From positions 1 through 50,758 of the forward strand of contig JAFMJG010000003.1 of assembly GCA_017853605.1 (NCBI GenBank): 50,758 bases of DNA, read 5' to 3'. Below, piece by piece: positions 1 to 9,645 of this stretch (within the stretch, counting starts at the first letter, position 1; every line of letters starts with the position of its first letter). Under the pieces are notes generated by a model. That model searched no databases. It was given only the letters and a program-made list of their open reading frames with translations, and was not told the origin of the DNA. This stretch comes from a bacterium. GTDB lineage: Bacteria; Bdellovibrionota_C; UBA2361; OMII01. The translations under genes were made by a program, and so were the position numbers.

Positions 1-140
1 GCGGCGCCACCGCCTCAGGCCTCCCGATCGGGCTGCAGCTCATCGGCAAGCACTGGGACGAGGAGTCGCTCTTCGCCACGGCAGCCGCGTATGAGCAGGC
101 GACCGAGTGGCACAAGCGCACGCCGTCGATGGCGGGGTAA
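1..140 (+). CDS. gatA: Asp/Glu-tRNA(Asn/Gln) amidotransferase subunit A, 3' partial
   Basis: Frame from nt 3 reads [41 protein letters not shown]...stop (140), the amidase/GatA C-terminus; directly upstream of gatB. Confidence 0.9.
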   Translation, partial: GATASGLPIGLQLIGKHWDEESLFATAAAYEQATEWHKRTPSMAG

Positions 141-167
141 GAAACAGTCTGCAGGAGGCACACCACC

Positions 168-1607
168 ATGGAATTTGAGACCGTCATAGGGCTTGAGGTT
201 CACGTCCAGCTCTCAACCCAGTCAAAGATGTTCTGCGGCGCCTCAGCCGCCTACGGCGGAGAGCCAAACGAGTACATCGACCCAGTCACGCTCGGGCTGC
301 CCGGCGCCCTTCCCGTGGCAAACAGGCGGGCCGTTGAGTTTGCGATTATGCTCGGCCTCGCAACGAGCTCCGAGATTCGGCGGTTCAACCGGTTCTCGCG
401 CAAGCACTACTTCTACCCGGACCTGCCAAAGGGCTACCAGATATCGCAGTTCGACGAGCCGATCTGCGAGCGCGGCAGCGTTGAGTTCTACATGGGCGAG
501 ACCAAGCGCATGATCGGGCTCAAGCGCATCCACATGGAGGAGGACGCCGGAAAGAACATCCACGACTCTCGCACGCAGTCGTCCCTCGTAGACCTCAACC
601 GCGCGGGCGTGCCGCTGCTCGAGATCGTCTCTGAGCCGGAGCTTCGCTCTCCTGCTGAGGCGGCCGCCTACCTGCGCTCGATCCGCCAGCTCGTCCGCTA
701 CCTCGGCGTGAGCGACGGGAACATGGAGGAAGGCAGCCTGCGCTGTGACGCCAACATCTCGCTCCGCCCTGTAGGGCAGCTCAAGTTCGGCACCCGGACT
801 GAGATCAAGAACCTCAACTCCTTCAAGTTCGTCGAGCGCGCCCTCGAGTACGAAGTGGCCCGGCAGATGGCGCTCCTCAAGAATGGGCAGCCGATCGTCC
901 AGGAGACCCTGCTCTTCGACAGCGCTTCAGGGGTAACGCGCCCGATGCGGTCCAAGGAAGAGAGCTCAGACTACCGCTACTTCCCCGATCCAGACCTCCC
1001 TCCCGTAGTGGTTGAGGAGAGCTGGGTGCGGGAAGTGGAGTCCAAGCTTCCGAAGCTCCCGTCAAAGTGGATAAACGACCTGGTCAGCGAGTACGGGCTC
1101 TCGCTGTACGACGCCACCGTGCTGACTGGGGAGAAGGCCGCTGTGGAGTTCTTCAACGATGTCGTGAGCGCCTGCAGCAACCCAAAGGCCGCCTGCAACT
1201 GGGTGACCTCAGAGCTCTTCGGCGCCCTCAATCGGGCCGGGATTGAGCTTGAGAAGTCCCCTGTGAGCGCCGGCGCCCTCGGTGATCTCATAAAGGTGGT
1301 CGACAGCGGAGAGCTCTCTGGCAAGATGGCCAAGGCAGTCTTCGAGGAGATGTTCTCGTCCGGAAAGGGCGCTGCGGCGGTTATCGCCGACAAGGGGCTC
1401 AAGCAGATCAGCGATGATGATTCGATCCTGGCGATCATTAGGCGCGAGTTCGATGCCAACGAGAAGCAGCTAGCCGGGTACCTCGCCGGAAACGAAAGGC
1501 TGCACGGATTCTTCGTTGGCCAGGTCATGAAAGCCACCGAGGGGGCAGCCAACCCCAAGAAGGTCAATGACCTGATCCGCCAAGAGGCGGCGCAACGGAA
1601 GGGCTAG
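168..1607 (+). CDS. gatB: Asp/Glu-tRNA(Asn/Gln) amidotransferase subunit B
   Basis: VIGLEVHVQL, YFYPDLPKGYQISQ, IHMEEDAGK, EEGSLRCDANIS, YRYFPDPDL, GFFVGQVMK motifs; AGGAGG RBS. Confidence 0.99.
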   Translation: MEFETVIGLEVHVQLSTQSKMFCGASAAYGGEPNEYIDPVTLGLPGALPVANRRAVEFAIMLGLATSSEIRRFNRFSRKHYFYPDLPKGYQISQFDEPICERGSVEFYMGETKRMIGLKRIHMEEDAGKNIHDSRTQSSLVDLNRAGVPLLEIVSEPELRSPAEAAAYLRSIRQLVRYLGVSDGNMEEGSLRCDANISLRPVGQLKFGTRTEIKNLNSFKFVERALEYEVARQMALLKNGQPIVQETLLFDSASGVTRPMRSKEESSDYRYFPDPDLPPVVVEESWVREVESKLPKLPSKWINDLVSEYGLSLYDATVLTGEKAAVEFFNDVVSACSNPKAACNWVTSELFGALNRAGIELEKSPVSAGALGDLIKVVDSGELSGKMAKAVFEEMFSSGKGAAAVIADKGLKQISDDDSILAIIRREFDANEKQLAGYLAGNERLHGFFVGQVMKATEGAANPKKVNDLIRQEAAQRKG

Positions 1608-1612
1608 TCCGC

Positions 1613-1900
1613 ATGACGGAACGTGCCCTCTGCGAGTCAGCCGTCGAGCTCGACCCTGCCCTTGTCGCTTGGTATCTTGAGGTTCCCCGGCCCCAGATAG
1701 TACTTTTGCAAGCGTACTTTGAGCTGTACGATGGTGTCGGAACTGTCCGGACGCTTGAGGGGCAGGATGAGGTCGTGACGGTCCTCACCACTCCCTCACA
1801 GAAGGGCGACTGCATCGGTGTCCTCAATGCTATCCGGGAGCAGGTCAGCTGGCGAATTTGCGCCACGCTGCCTGACGACCCCCTGCGCGGCGCACCGTAG
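1613..1900 (+). CDS. small conserved protein, DUF4911-like
   Basis: 95 aa; IVLLQAYFELYDGVGTVRTL resembles the DUF4911 pattern; starts 5 nt after the gatB stop. Confidence 0.65.
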   Translation: MTERALCESAVELDPALVAWYLEVPRPQIVLLQAYFELYDGVGTVRTLEGQDEVVTVLTTPSQKGDCIGVLNAIREQVSWRICATLPDDPLRGAP

Positions 1901-1948
1901 GCCGCGCCGGGTATTCCCGTTATTTTTCCGCTGTCCTGCGAGACGACT

Positions 1949-3880
1949 ATGATCAAGCTGATCCACAAGTACAAGCGCTCAATCACCATCATCTTTATCC
2001 TCTTGGCATTCTGCTTTGCGCTGAGCGGTGTTGGCATCGACACGCTACACGACGGCAACCGCGCCCAGCGCCCCGCCATCTCCGTCAATGACCGGCAAAT
2101 TTCCCAGGTCGAGTTTCAGCGCACCGAGCGCAGCATCGAGGAGCGCTACCGCAGGATGTTTGGCACAAACTTTGAGCAGTTCGTGCAGGCATTCGGGGTC
2201 AACATCGCCCAGCAGGCGATCGACCAGAGTATCGACTCTGCGCTCCTCAACCAGGAGGCTGCCGGCATCGGCTTCGCTGCAGACGACGAGGTTGTGAGGC
2301 GCTTTATCCTCGAGAAGGTTTTCGCCGACGTGCCGTACGACGAGGGGAGATTTCGCGCCATCCTGCAGTCAGCCGGGCTGACCTACCGGGAGTTTGGCAG
2401 CGAGATTAAGGACGAGTACTCCAGGGAGACTCTCGCAAACGTCCTCCGGGACTCTGCCTACGTGAGCAAGCGGGACGTGGATGCGCAGATGGCGCGCCAA
2501 GAGACCGCCTACTCGGTGCTAGGGGCAGTCGTGCGAACTTCGAAACTGCTGGCCTCCGCACCGCAGCCCTCTGAGGAGCAGCTGAAGGCCTTCTACAGCG
2601 CTAACGGCTCGCGCTTTGAGGTTCCTGCCCAGGTGTCGTACAGCTTCATTGAGCTGGCACCCTCATCGTTCGAGAAGGAGGTCCAGGTCTCGCAGCAGGA
2701 TATCGAGGTGTACTACACCGAGAACTCTGGAAGCTTCACAAACCCAGAGCAGGTAAAGGTGCGCGAGATCACGGTTCTCTACCCAAAGGGCGCCGATGAC
2801 AAGGCGAAGGAATCGGCAAAAGCGCGCGCCAAGCAGGCCCGCGACGAGGCTGTCGCGGGAAAGGTCTTTGCGGATCTCGTGGCGAAGTATAGCGACAATG
2901 CGGACCTCAAGCGCTCGGGCGGCGATCGCGGCTGGGTCTCGCGGGGCCAAGAGTCGCCACAGTTTGAGCGCGTTGCCTTCGCCGCTGAGCCGGGAAGCGT
3001 GGCGGAGCTGATTGAGACTCCCGAAGGGTTGCGAGTCATCAAGGTTGAGGAGCGGAAGGCTTCCAGCCTAAAGCCGCTCGACTCCGTCCGGGCGCAAATT
3101 GAGTCCGCGATCCGCAAGGCTGAGGCCCCCTCGTACGCAGCAGCCAGGGCGCAGGAGATCCTCAAGGCTGCGCGCCGGGATGGCAAGCCTATCCTCGAGG
3201 TCGGTGGCGCTGCGGGCTTGCCGGTCAAGGACTCTGGCGGCTTGGTCGCGTCAGGCAAGGATCCCTCGCCCTCGCTTGCAGGGCTCTCTGCAAAAGTTCT
3301 CGACCTGTCTAGCAGTGATCGCGCGGGGCTTTCTCTCGTTGAGGCAGGAGACACCTCGGTCATCGTTCAGGTGAAGGAGTACAAGGAACCGTCAGTGGCG
3401 CCCTTCGCCGAGGTGCGCCCAAAGATCCTTGAGGCGGTAAAGGCTCAAGAGGCGCAAGGTGCGGCGGAGAAGCTGTCGCAGCAGATCTTGGCTGCCGTCC
3501 AGGGAAATCCTGCGAGCTTTGAGGCTGAAGCGAAGAAGCTTGGCGCTGAGATTGTGGGGCCAGTGGAGCTCTCGCGGGCCAATCCTAAGAGCTCTGAGCT
3601 GCAGGATCTTCCCAACCAGGCGTTCAACGCGATCTTCGCCACGGAAGCAGCCCCGTCGGTGCTGCAGCAGGCCTACCAGACCGAGTCGGGCTACGTAGCG
3701 CTCTCAGTTGTGAGCGTCAAAAAGCCTGATCCAACCAGGAAGCGAACCGCTGCTGAGGTGGCTAAGTTCCGCGCTGAAGCGAAGCAGCAAGCCGTGCGGG
3801 ATGCCATGGAATCGGCCCTAACCGTCCTCAAGACCTCCTCTGTAATCGACGTAGATCCAGCGCTCCAGCTCAAGCAGTGA
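1949..3880 (+). CDS. ppiD: PpiD-like periplasmic chaperone / parvulin-type peptidyl-prolyl isomerase
   Basis: N-terminal TM anchor, SurA-N-like region, parvulin motif FADLVAKYSD..SGGDRGWVSRGQ...FERVAF...IETPEG; 643 aa is typical. Confidence 0.9.
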   Translation: MIKLIHKYKRSITIIFILLAFCFALSGVGIDTLHDGNRAQRPAISVNDRQISQVEFQRTERSIEERYRRMFGTNFEQFVQAFGVNIAQQAIDQSIDSALLNQEAAGIGFAADDEVVRRFILEKVFADVPYDEGRFRAILQSAGLTYREFGSEIKDEYSRETLANVLRDSAYVSKRDVDAQMARQETAYSVLGAVVRTSKLLASAPQPSEEQLKAFYSANGSRFEVPAQVSYSFIELAPSSFEKEVQVSQQDIEVYYTENSGSFTNPEQVKVREITVLYPKGADDKAKESAKARAKQARDEAVAGKVFADLVAKYSDNADLKRSGGDRGWVSRGQESPQFERVAFAAEPGSVAELIETPEGLRVIKVEERKASSLKPLDSVRAQIESAIRKAEAPSYAAARAQEILKAARRDGKPILEVGGAAGLPVKDSGGLVASGKDPSPSLAGLSAKVLDLSSSDRAGLSLVEAGDTSVIVQVKEYKEPSVAPFAEVRPKILEAVKAQEAQGAAEKLSQQILAAVQGNPASFEAEAKKLGAEIVGPVELSRANPKSSELQDLPNQAFNAIFATEAAPSVLQQAYQTESGYVALSVVSVKKPDPTRKRTAAEVAKFRAEAKQQAVRDAMESALTVLKTSSVIDVDPALQLKQ

Positions 3881-3948
3881 GGCGCCTTGGATCGCGTTGT
3901 TAGCCCCGTTAAGCGGCATTTCTGGCCCGGCCTGCCATACCTGGGGGT

Positions 3949-4560
3949 ATGCATGACACCAGAAACTTCCCACGATTGTACAGAGGCGAGGGCTCAGACT
4001 CGGCCCCTATCGACAGGCCCAAGCGCCTGCCAGGCGAGCAGCCCAAACTGAAGATCTTCCGCCCGGATGAGCCCGAGACAGGGGCGTCGGACGGCGCTGC
4101 TGTGCTTCCAAAGGCTCCCGCTGCGGCACAACAGCCACACCCTACTCCATCTTCGCCGATGCCGATCAGTGCGCTGCTTGAGGCTAAAAGCAACCTGAGC
4201 TTCCTGAAAGAAGAGCTCTTGGCCTTTGAAAAAGATCCTCTCCCATCTCCCGGGCAGTTCGAGGTGCCATTTGCTGATGGGCTCTCACGCCTCGTAGTCA
4301 CCGTGCTGCCTGAGGGCGCCGGCTATGTCCTTTTGATACCCTCTGGGGTTATTCCCCAGCTCCGGGGTGATGTTGAGGCAATTCTCTCCGCAACGGGGGA
4401 GGTTGTAGGCGGGACGATCGGCGGCCATGAGCCTGCCACAGCGAAGACGCTTCGCCAGGCGGTGCAGCACGTGGTTAGCCAGCGAATAGCAGAGTACACC
4501 GAGCACAAGTTTTTCCAGGCGCCGCTGTATCAGGCACGAAGGCTCGGAGCTGCCGGGTAA
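3949..4560 (+). CDS. hypothetical protein, Pro-rich N-terminus
   Basis: 203-aa ORF filling the gap between ppiD and a convergent gene; no recognised motif. Confidence 0.6.
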   Translation: MHDTRNFPRLYRGEGSDSAPIDRPKRLPGEQPKLKIFRPDEPETGASDGAAVLPKAPAAAQQPHPTPSSPMPISALLEAKSNLSFLKEELLAFEKDPLPSPGQFEVPFADGLSRLVVTVLPEGAGYVLLIPSGVIPQLRGDVEAILSATGEVVGGTIGGHEPATAKTLRQAVQHVVSQRIAEYTEHKFFQAPLYQARRLGAAG

Positions 4561-4583
4561 CATGGTGGCCGACTTCCGCAACC

Positions 4584-5294
4584 CTACTCGACAGGGAGCG
4601 CTCGATTAAGCTCATCGAAGAGCTTCACAAAGCTCTCGCTCGAGGCTGGGTAGCTCCGGCCAAACCGGCGAATGACAAGCGAATAAAGCTCCTCTGGGCT
4701 CGTTGCAACGATGAGCTCCATCCTGCGAAAGAGCGGGTGCTGGTCGAGAAGCGCCCGGCGCTTGCTGAAGTAATTTGCCTTGAGCCGTGTCTCCATCGAC
4801 TCCTGAAAGAAGCGCCGTGACTCGCCCTTGAGCGCGTGCATCGCCCGCGTGTAGCCCCGGTACTCCTCGCGGTCACGAAAGTCCCCATATCCCTTCTTGT
4901 TTCGGTAGAAGCGAACCGGGTGGTACTCCAGGAGCACCCCGTCCACAAGAAAGTCGACGCTGTAGGTGTTTCCCCTGCCGTCGGCGCCGATCGCGACCTG
5001 AAACGTGAGCCCAAGCTTGAGCTCAAATCCGGGCACGAAGCGCCGAAGCAGCTCTGCGCAGATCGCCTCGGAACGCGAGCAGAAGCCAGGCTGCGCCCGC
5101 GGTGGTGGCGTCATCTCAAAATGGGCGGGGCTGTCGAGGGGCCTGTCGCGGTTTTCGCTGTGCAGGCGCTTGAACTTTTTTCGGAGATGTCTGCGGGAGA
5201 AGTGCCGGGGCGCCTCAAGGGGGCCGGGGTCCACGGGGCTCGGCAGCTCGGGGGAGGAATCTTCAGCGCGTGCCGCTGTCTGCTCTTCTTTCAA
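4584..5294 (-). CDS. hypothetical protein, probable PD-(D/E)XK (Vsr/DUF559-like) nuclease fold
   Basis: TTG start with AAGAGGAG RBS; SRSEAICAELL...YSVDFLVDGVLLEYH matches the S-x-x-E...DF...EY pattern. Confidence 0.6.
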   Translation of the reverse strand: MKEEQTAARAEDSSPELPSPVDPGPLEAPRHFSRRHLRKKFKRLHSENRDRPLDSPAHFEMTPPPRAQPGFCSRSEAICAELLRRFVPGFELKLGLTFQVAIGADGRGNTYSVDFLVDGVLLEYHPVRFYRNKKGYGDFRDREEYRGYTRAMHALKGESRRFFQESMETRLKANYFSKRRALLDQHPLFRRMELIVATSPEELYSLVIRRFGRSYPASSESFVKLFDELNRALPVE

Positions 5295-5478
5295 CCGCTG
5301 CTCCTCTTGAACGACGAGGACGTTAAACCGCTAAAACTTCTAACACCTACCTATTCTGATGAAGCTTGCGGCCCGGGGGGTTCAGGAACGGCGCGAAAAG
5401 ATTGCAGGCTGGCTATCTGCCATCGTTCTGGCGGCTTAGCCTCATCCTGCCCGGCAAAATCCTGGCAGCGCCAGCGCC

Positions 5479-6198
5479 CTAGGGCTCAAGATCCGTCAGC
5501 ACCACGCAGCGCTTGGCCTTCTCGGCAAAGAGCGCGGGACACTCCTGCGGCGCAACCTTGCCCGCCCTCAGGGTCTCCCACGCTTGCCGCTTTCCCTCCC
5601 CAAGAACGAGCACAACGCTCAAGTCAGCGCTTGTGATCAGGGGCACGCTCGCCGTCATGCGCGCCGGCGGCGGCTTTGGGGAGTCAAAAAACGAAAAGAA
5701 GCCGGGCTCCGCGTGCTCAAGGGCCGGGTGGCGCGGAAAGAGCCCGGCGATGTGCCCGTCCTCGCCCACTCCCAGCACCACAACGGTGAATCGCCCGCCG
5801 AAGGTCGCCAGCTCCACGCCGTACCCGGCGCAGCCGTGGTCGCGCTCCCGATCGTGCTGCACAAAGGGGTGAAGCTGATCTTCACGGATCGTGCCGTCCT
5901 TGACGAGCTTGTCGAAGAAGAGCTTTTTGAGGCCGCCAAAGTTGCTCTGATCATCGGAGAGCGGGACGAGGCGCTCATCGACCATGAAGAACTGCACCCG
6001 AGAGAGCAGCTCACGGGGCTGCGAGCGAGACTCCTTCTCCATCGCCGACAGCAGCCCGACAACGCTTCGGCCTCCGCACAGCCCAATCACGAGCGGAACA
6101 TCTGGCTCCTGGGACTTGAGCGCGGCGAATACCCGGCGGGCGGCCTCATGAAGCGCCTCATCGAGCGCGCTTCCAGCCTTTATGATTTCTACCGTCAT
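5479..6198 (-). CDS. pgl: 6-phosphogluconolactonase (NagB/Pgl family)
   Basis: GLCGGRS, MVDERLVPLSDDQSN, VLGVGEDGHIAGLFP, DSPKPPPARMT, GEGKRQA motifs; ATG abuts the cyclase TGA. Confidence 0.88.
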   Translation of the reverse strand: MTVEIIKAGSALDEALHEAARRVFAALKSQEPDVPLVIGLCGGRSVVGLLSAMEKESRSQPRELLSRVQFFMVDERLVPLSDDQSNFGGLKKLFFDKLVKDGTIREDQLHPFVQHDRERDHGCAGYGVELATFGGRFTVVVLGVGEDGHIAGLFPRHPALEHAEPGFFSFFDSPKPPPARMTASVPLITSADLSVVLVLGEGKRQAWETLRAGKVAPQECPALFAEKAKRCVVLTDLEP

Positions 6199-8298
6199 TC
6201 ACTTCTCCGTCAGGTTCCAAACCGGCGAGAAGCCGGTTTCGCCAAGCTGCTTACTAGATGCTATCCGGGCGCAATATGCCCGACTGACGGGGTCATCGGC
6301 AAATGTCGCGAAGAGCTCCCCTGCTTCCACGACGTTGCCAGCCTCAAAGAGCTGCCTCGCCCGGTCGAATTCGCCGAGGCGCGAGAGGATCGCGCCATCA
6401 AGCCGGGGATGAAGCGGCTCGAAGAGCTGCACAGGCTCCTGGCGGCCAACAACCCTCGCCTGGCCCACCGTTCGCCATGCAAGCTCGTCTCCCGCCCGCC
6501 GGCGGGTGCTTCCTGAGACGAGCACATTCGTCCCGAAGACCTTGTTGACGCCCTCGAGGCGCGATGCAAGGTTGGCGGCGTCGCCGATAACGGTGTAGTT
6601 GAAACGGGTCGATGAGCCGAAGTTTCCCACGGTCACCGGCCCGGTGTGGATCCCTATGCGCATGCGGAGCGAGACGCCAAAATCCCGCTGAAACATCTGG
6701 CCGAGCTCCCGAAGGCGAAGCTGGCACTGGATTGCCGCATTCACAGCCCGCTTCTCGTGGTCGTGCACCTGCAGGGGCGCGTTCCAAAAGGCGATAATTG
6801 CGTCCCCCTCGTACTTGTCGATCGTCCCACCGGAGGCCAGAAGGATGTCTGTCATCTCGGAAAGGAACGTGTTGAGGAACGCCACGAGCTTCGCCGGCTC
6901 CATGCGCTCAGAGATGCTCGTGAACCCGGCGATGTCGGAGAAGAAGATCGTCAGCTCCCGCCTCTCGCCCCCCAGCGCCAGGCTCGAAGGGTCCTTAACG
7001 ATCTGGTTTATCACCTCTGGAGTGACGTAGTGCTGGAACGCTGCCTTTATGAATCGGTGCTGCCGGCCCTCAACCCGGTACTGGAGCAGAAACACCAACA
7101 GGAGCAGGTAGAGGCTCGAAAGGAGCGGGGCAACGACCGGAAGCCACCACCCCTGGGCAGCAAACGCGAAGCTTGCGCCCGCCCAAGCAAGCACGGCACC
7201 CAAGATGATCGCGGCCTGGTAGCGCGTTGCCCTCAGGCTGACAAGGGCAACGAGCCCGAGAAAGAGCGCCGTGAGCGCGAGTGCCGCTGCAGGCGGCACC
7301 TCACGGTAAAAGCTCGTGTGGAGGAGGTTGTCGAGAACCGTCGCATTGAGCTCAACCCCCGGATAGTTTCCCGCCACAGGAACCGGCCGCAGGTCGAGCA
7401 GCCCCGGTGCGTTCGTGCCGACAAAAACGTACGCATCCTTAAACACTTCAAGGGGGATGTCGGGCCTCTTTCCCTCACCGAGCTTCAGCCAGCTGTTGAT
7501 GACCGCCGCTATTGAGTACGTGTCGTAGGTCGCCTCCGGGCCGAAGAACCTGACCAGGAGCTTTCCGCCCTCTCCGGCCAGCGGCGCAACCTCCTCGCCC
7601 TTCCCAGACCCGGGATGCACGAGGGCATAGAGCGCCGCAGGAAGGCTCAGGACCGGTGTCTCGCCGACTCGCGCCCCGAGAGCAGCGTGCCGGAAGATCT
7701 TGTCGGCATCAGCCTCGGCAGACACGTTGCCGAGCGCTGGGCTAGCCTCGATAAGCATCGGTATCGGCAGGGTTGCCGACGGAAAGCGGGGGGACGCAAG
7801 GGAGGCGAGGAGGCGCTCGATCTCTCCCCTTCTCCTCTCTTGCGAGGACCGGAAGAGCTCCTCTGTTGCGGGATCACCATCGACGGAGTCACGCCGGGCG
7901 GATACCGCGCTCACAACCGGCAGTGAGCTCGCCACCACGTCAGCAAACTCCTTGTCGTCTCCGACGTGGGTTGAGCTCTCAGTAAAGAGCATGTCAAACG
8001 CCACGCCCCGCGCGCCGGCCCGCGCCAGGTAGAGGAGGACGGGATTGTACAGTGATCGCGGCCACGGCCAGTAGATCTGCTCTGTGCGCGCATAGTGGTC
8101 GATTGAGCTCTGGTCGACCATGATGATCTTAATCTTTGGGTCGTGAGCCTCCGGGCGAACAAGGGCCTGCTGCCGCATGTCCCAGGTCTTGCTCTCAATG
8201 TCCGCAAGCAGCCCTGAGCTGAGCAGAAGCCACGCCAGCAGCGCGGCAGAGAGCCATATAAAAAACACCCCCCGCTGTAGCTGTCTCGCCGCGCTCAT
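6199..8298 (-). CDS. CHASE2-domain class III adenylate cyclase
   Basis: CHASE2 motifs (WPWPRS, AFDMLF, YPGVELNAT), three TM helices, catalytic FSDIAGFT, DKYEGDAI, RIGIHTG, YTVIGDAANLASRLEG. Start placed at ATG 8298 behind AAGGAG. Confidence 0.93.
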   Translation of the reverse strand: MSAARQLQRGVFFIWLSAALLAWLLLSSGLLADIESKTWDMRQQALVRPEAHDPKIKIIMVDQSSIDHYARTEQIYWPWPRSLYNPVLLYLARAGARGVAFDMLFTESSTHVGDDKEFADVVASSLPVVSAVSARRDSVDGDPATEELFRSSQERRRGEIERLLASLASPRFPSATLPIPMLIEASPALGNVSAEADADKIFRHAALGARVGETPVLSLPAALYALVHPGSGKGEEVAPLAGEGGKLLVRFFGPEATYDTYSIAAVINSWLKLGEGKRPDIPLEVFKDAYVFVGTNAPGLLDLRPVPVAGNYPGVELNATVLDNLLHTSFYREVPPAAALALTALFLGLVALVSLRATRYQAAIILGAVLAWAGASFAFAAQGWWLPVVAPLLSSLYLLLLVFLLQYRVEGRQHRFIKAAFQHYVTPEVINQIVKDPSSLALGGERRELTIFFSDIAGFTSISERMEPAKLVAFLNTFLSEMTDILLASGGTIDKYEGDAIIAFWNAPLQVHDHEKRAVNAAIQCQLRLRELGQMFQRDFGVSLRMRIGIHTGPVTVGNFGSSTRFNYTVIGDAANLASRLEGVNKVFGTNVLVSGSTRRRAGDELAWRTVGQARVVGRQEPVQLFEPLHPRLDGAILSRLGEFDRARQLFEAGNVVEAGELFATFADDPVSRAYCARIASSKQLGETGFSPVWNLTEK

Positions 8299-8404
8299 GA
8301 TCGCCATCTCCTTGGGGCGCGAGCCCCTCAGAGCAGGGCATACCACGCCTCAGCCACCCTCACCAGGAGGGTAGGAGCGCGAGCTCCTGCTATCTACCGG
8401 CGCG

Positions 8405-9547
8405 CTACTTGCCGTGCGAGAGGCGAAGCTTGTCCGCCAAGAGGTCCTCGTGGGGAATCTCGCTCCACTCCTGGGACGTTATGTGCACGACCTCGAGGCC
8501 GTGCTCCTCAACGATCTTGCGCTGCAGCTCGTCACGCCCGAATCGCCTGCCCCCGTCCGGCCCAGAGGAGAAGTGATAGTGGTACCCGTCGGCCTCGATG
8601 GCGATGAGGCGCCCGCTGCTCCTCAGGTGCACGACGAAATCAACGAGAACCCCCCCGATGCTCTGCTCCTCACGAATCTCATGATCTGTGCCGTAGAGAA
8701 AGCTCCGTAGCGCCCCCCCAACCGAGGCCTGCAGCGCTGACTCCCTGCCGAGCTGCCCATCGGTGATTCTCGCGCCGGCCCACCCCGTGAAGCCGGCTTC
8801 CGTTGGTGAGCACATTCCTGCGGCAACGAGCGTTTGGTAGATAAGCTGGTACACCTCCGGGTCGCAATCCTCCTCCCTAAGCATGGACTCCGACATCAGC
8901 GTGCGGAGCTTTTCAGGCGCCAGGCGCGCCAGGGGCCAAGCGATGCGGGCCCTCGACTCGATTGGAAGCTCGTCGATTCTTGAGATCCTGAGAGCGCTAC
9001 GCAGCAGCGCCTTGGTCAGCTTTGGGTCGTCGATGTCGAGGTGATTGAGCGACCACAAGAGGTTGGCGATCTGCGCCTGTGTCAGCTGCTTTTGCTTCTC
9101 CTGCACCTGCTGGCCGATGAGCGAAAAGAGGGCCTCATCCCGATAGCCAAGCATCGCAAGAGCCCTGGAGATCTTGGATGACATGTAGGTCGAGAGGTGC
9201 GGCGCATGCTTGGCGATATCGAGGCAGCTTTGGGCGAGCACGCTGTACTCGAAGCTCTCCCGATCACAGAGCCGCTTGCGCAGGCTGCCCGCCTCATGGT
9301 CCTGCAGCCTGGCCAGGTCACTCAAGCCATGGCCGAGCAGCTCGAGCGCGTACCACTCGCTGGAAGCGCGGCTGGCGTTCTGCCGGACAAGCTCCATCGC
9401 CATCACGGGATCTTCATGAAAGTGTCGGAGGACGAGGTCGGTGTCCCGATGGGGCATCTCTGGCTGCTCGCCCAGCGCGGCAGGCGGCTTGGCGCAATCG
9501 TGCTCTCTCTTCAGCTGCTGCCTGTACTCTTGCCGACGAAACCCCAT
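8405..9547 (-). CDS. helical-repeat (HPR/OPR-like) plus RAP-domain protein, FASTK-like
   Basis: Repeats SKISRALAML / ANLLWSLNHL / ARIAWPLARL spaced 37 and 39 aa; C-terminal VDFVV...IAIEADGYHYH...QRKIVEEHGLEVVHITSQEW is RAP-like. Confidence 0.78.
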   Translation of the reverse strand: MGFRRQEYRQQLKREHDCAKPPAALGEQPEMPHRDTDLVLRHFHEDPVMAMELVRQNASRASSEWYALELLGHGLSDLARLQDHEAGSLRKRLCDRESFEYSVLAQSCLDIAKHAPHLSTYMSSKISRALAMLGYRDEALFSLIGQQVQEKQKQLTQAQIANLLWSLNHLDIDDPKLTKALLRSALRISRIDELPIESRARIAWPLARLAPEKLRTLMSESMLREEDCDPEVYQLIYQTLVAAGMCSPTEAGFTGWAGARITDGQLGRESALQASVGGALRSFLYGTDHEIREEQSIGGVLVDFVVHLRSSGRLIAIEADGYHYHFSSGPDGGRRFGRDELQRKIVEEHGLEVVHITSQEWSEIPHEDLLADKLRLSHGK

Positions 9548-9556
9548 AGGCTCGCT

Positions 9557-9586
9557 AGTGTACCAACCCGAAGAGCCTTACTCCAA
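9557..9586 (-). promoter_or_regulatory. putative sigma70 promoter of the RAP gene (near-leaderless)
   Basis: TTGGAG-N18-TACACT with TGn extension; ATG 9 nt downstream; no SD. Confidence 0.4.
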
Positions 9587-9645
9587 ACTGGGGGAAGCGC
9601 GGCGCGTGCTGGGCGGGCCTAAAACGAACTCCTCCGATCCCGTCG

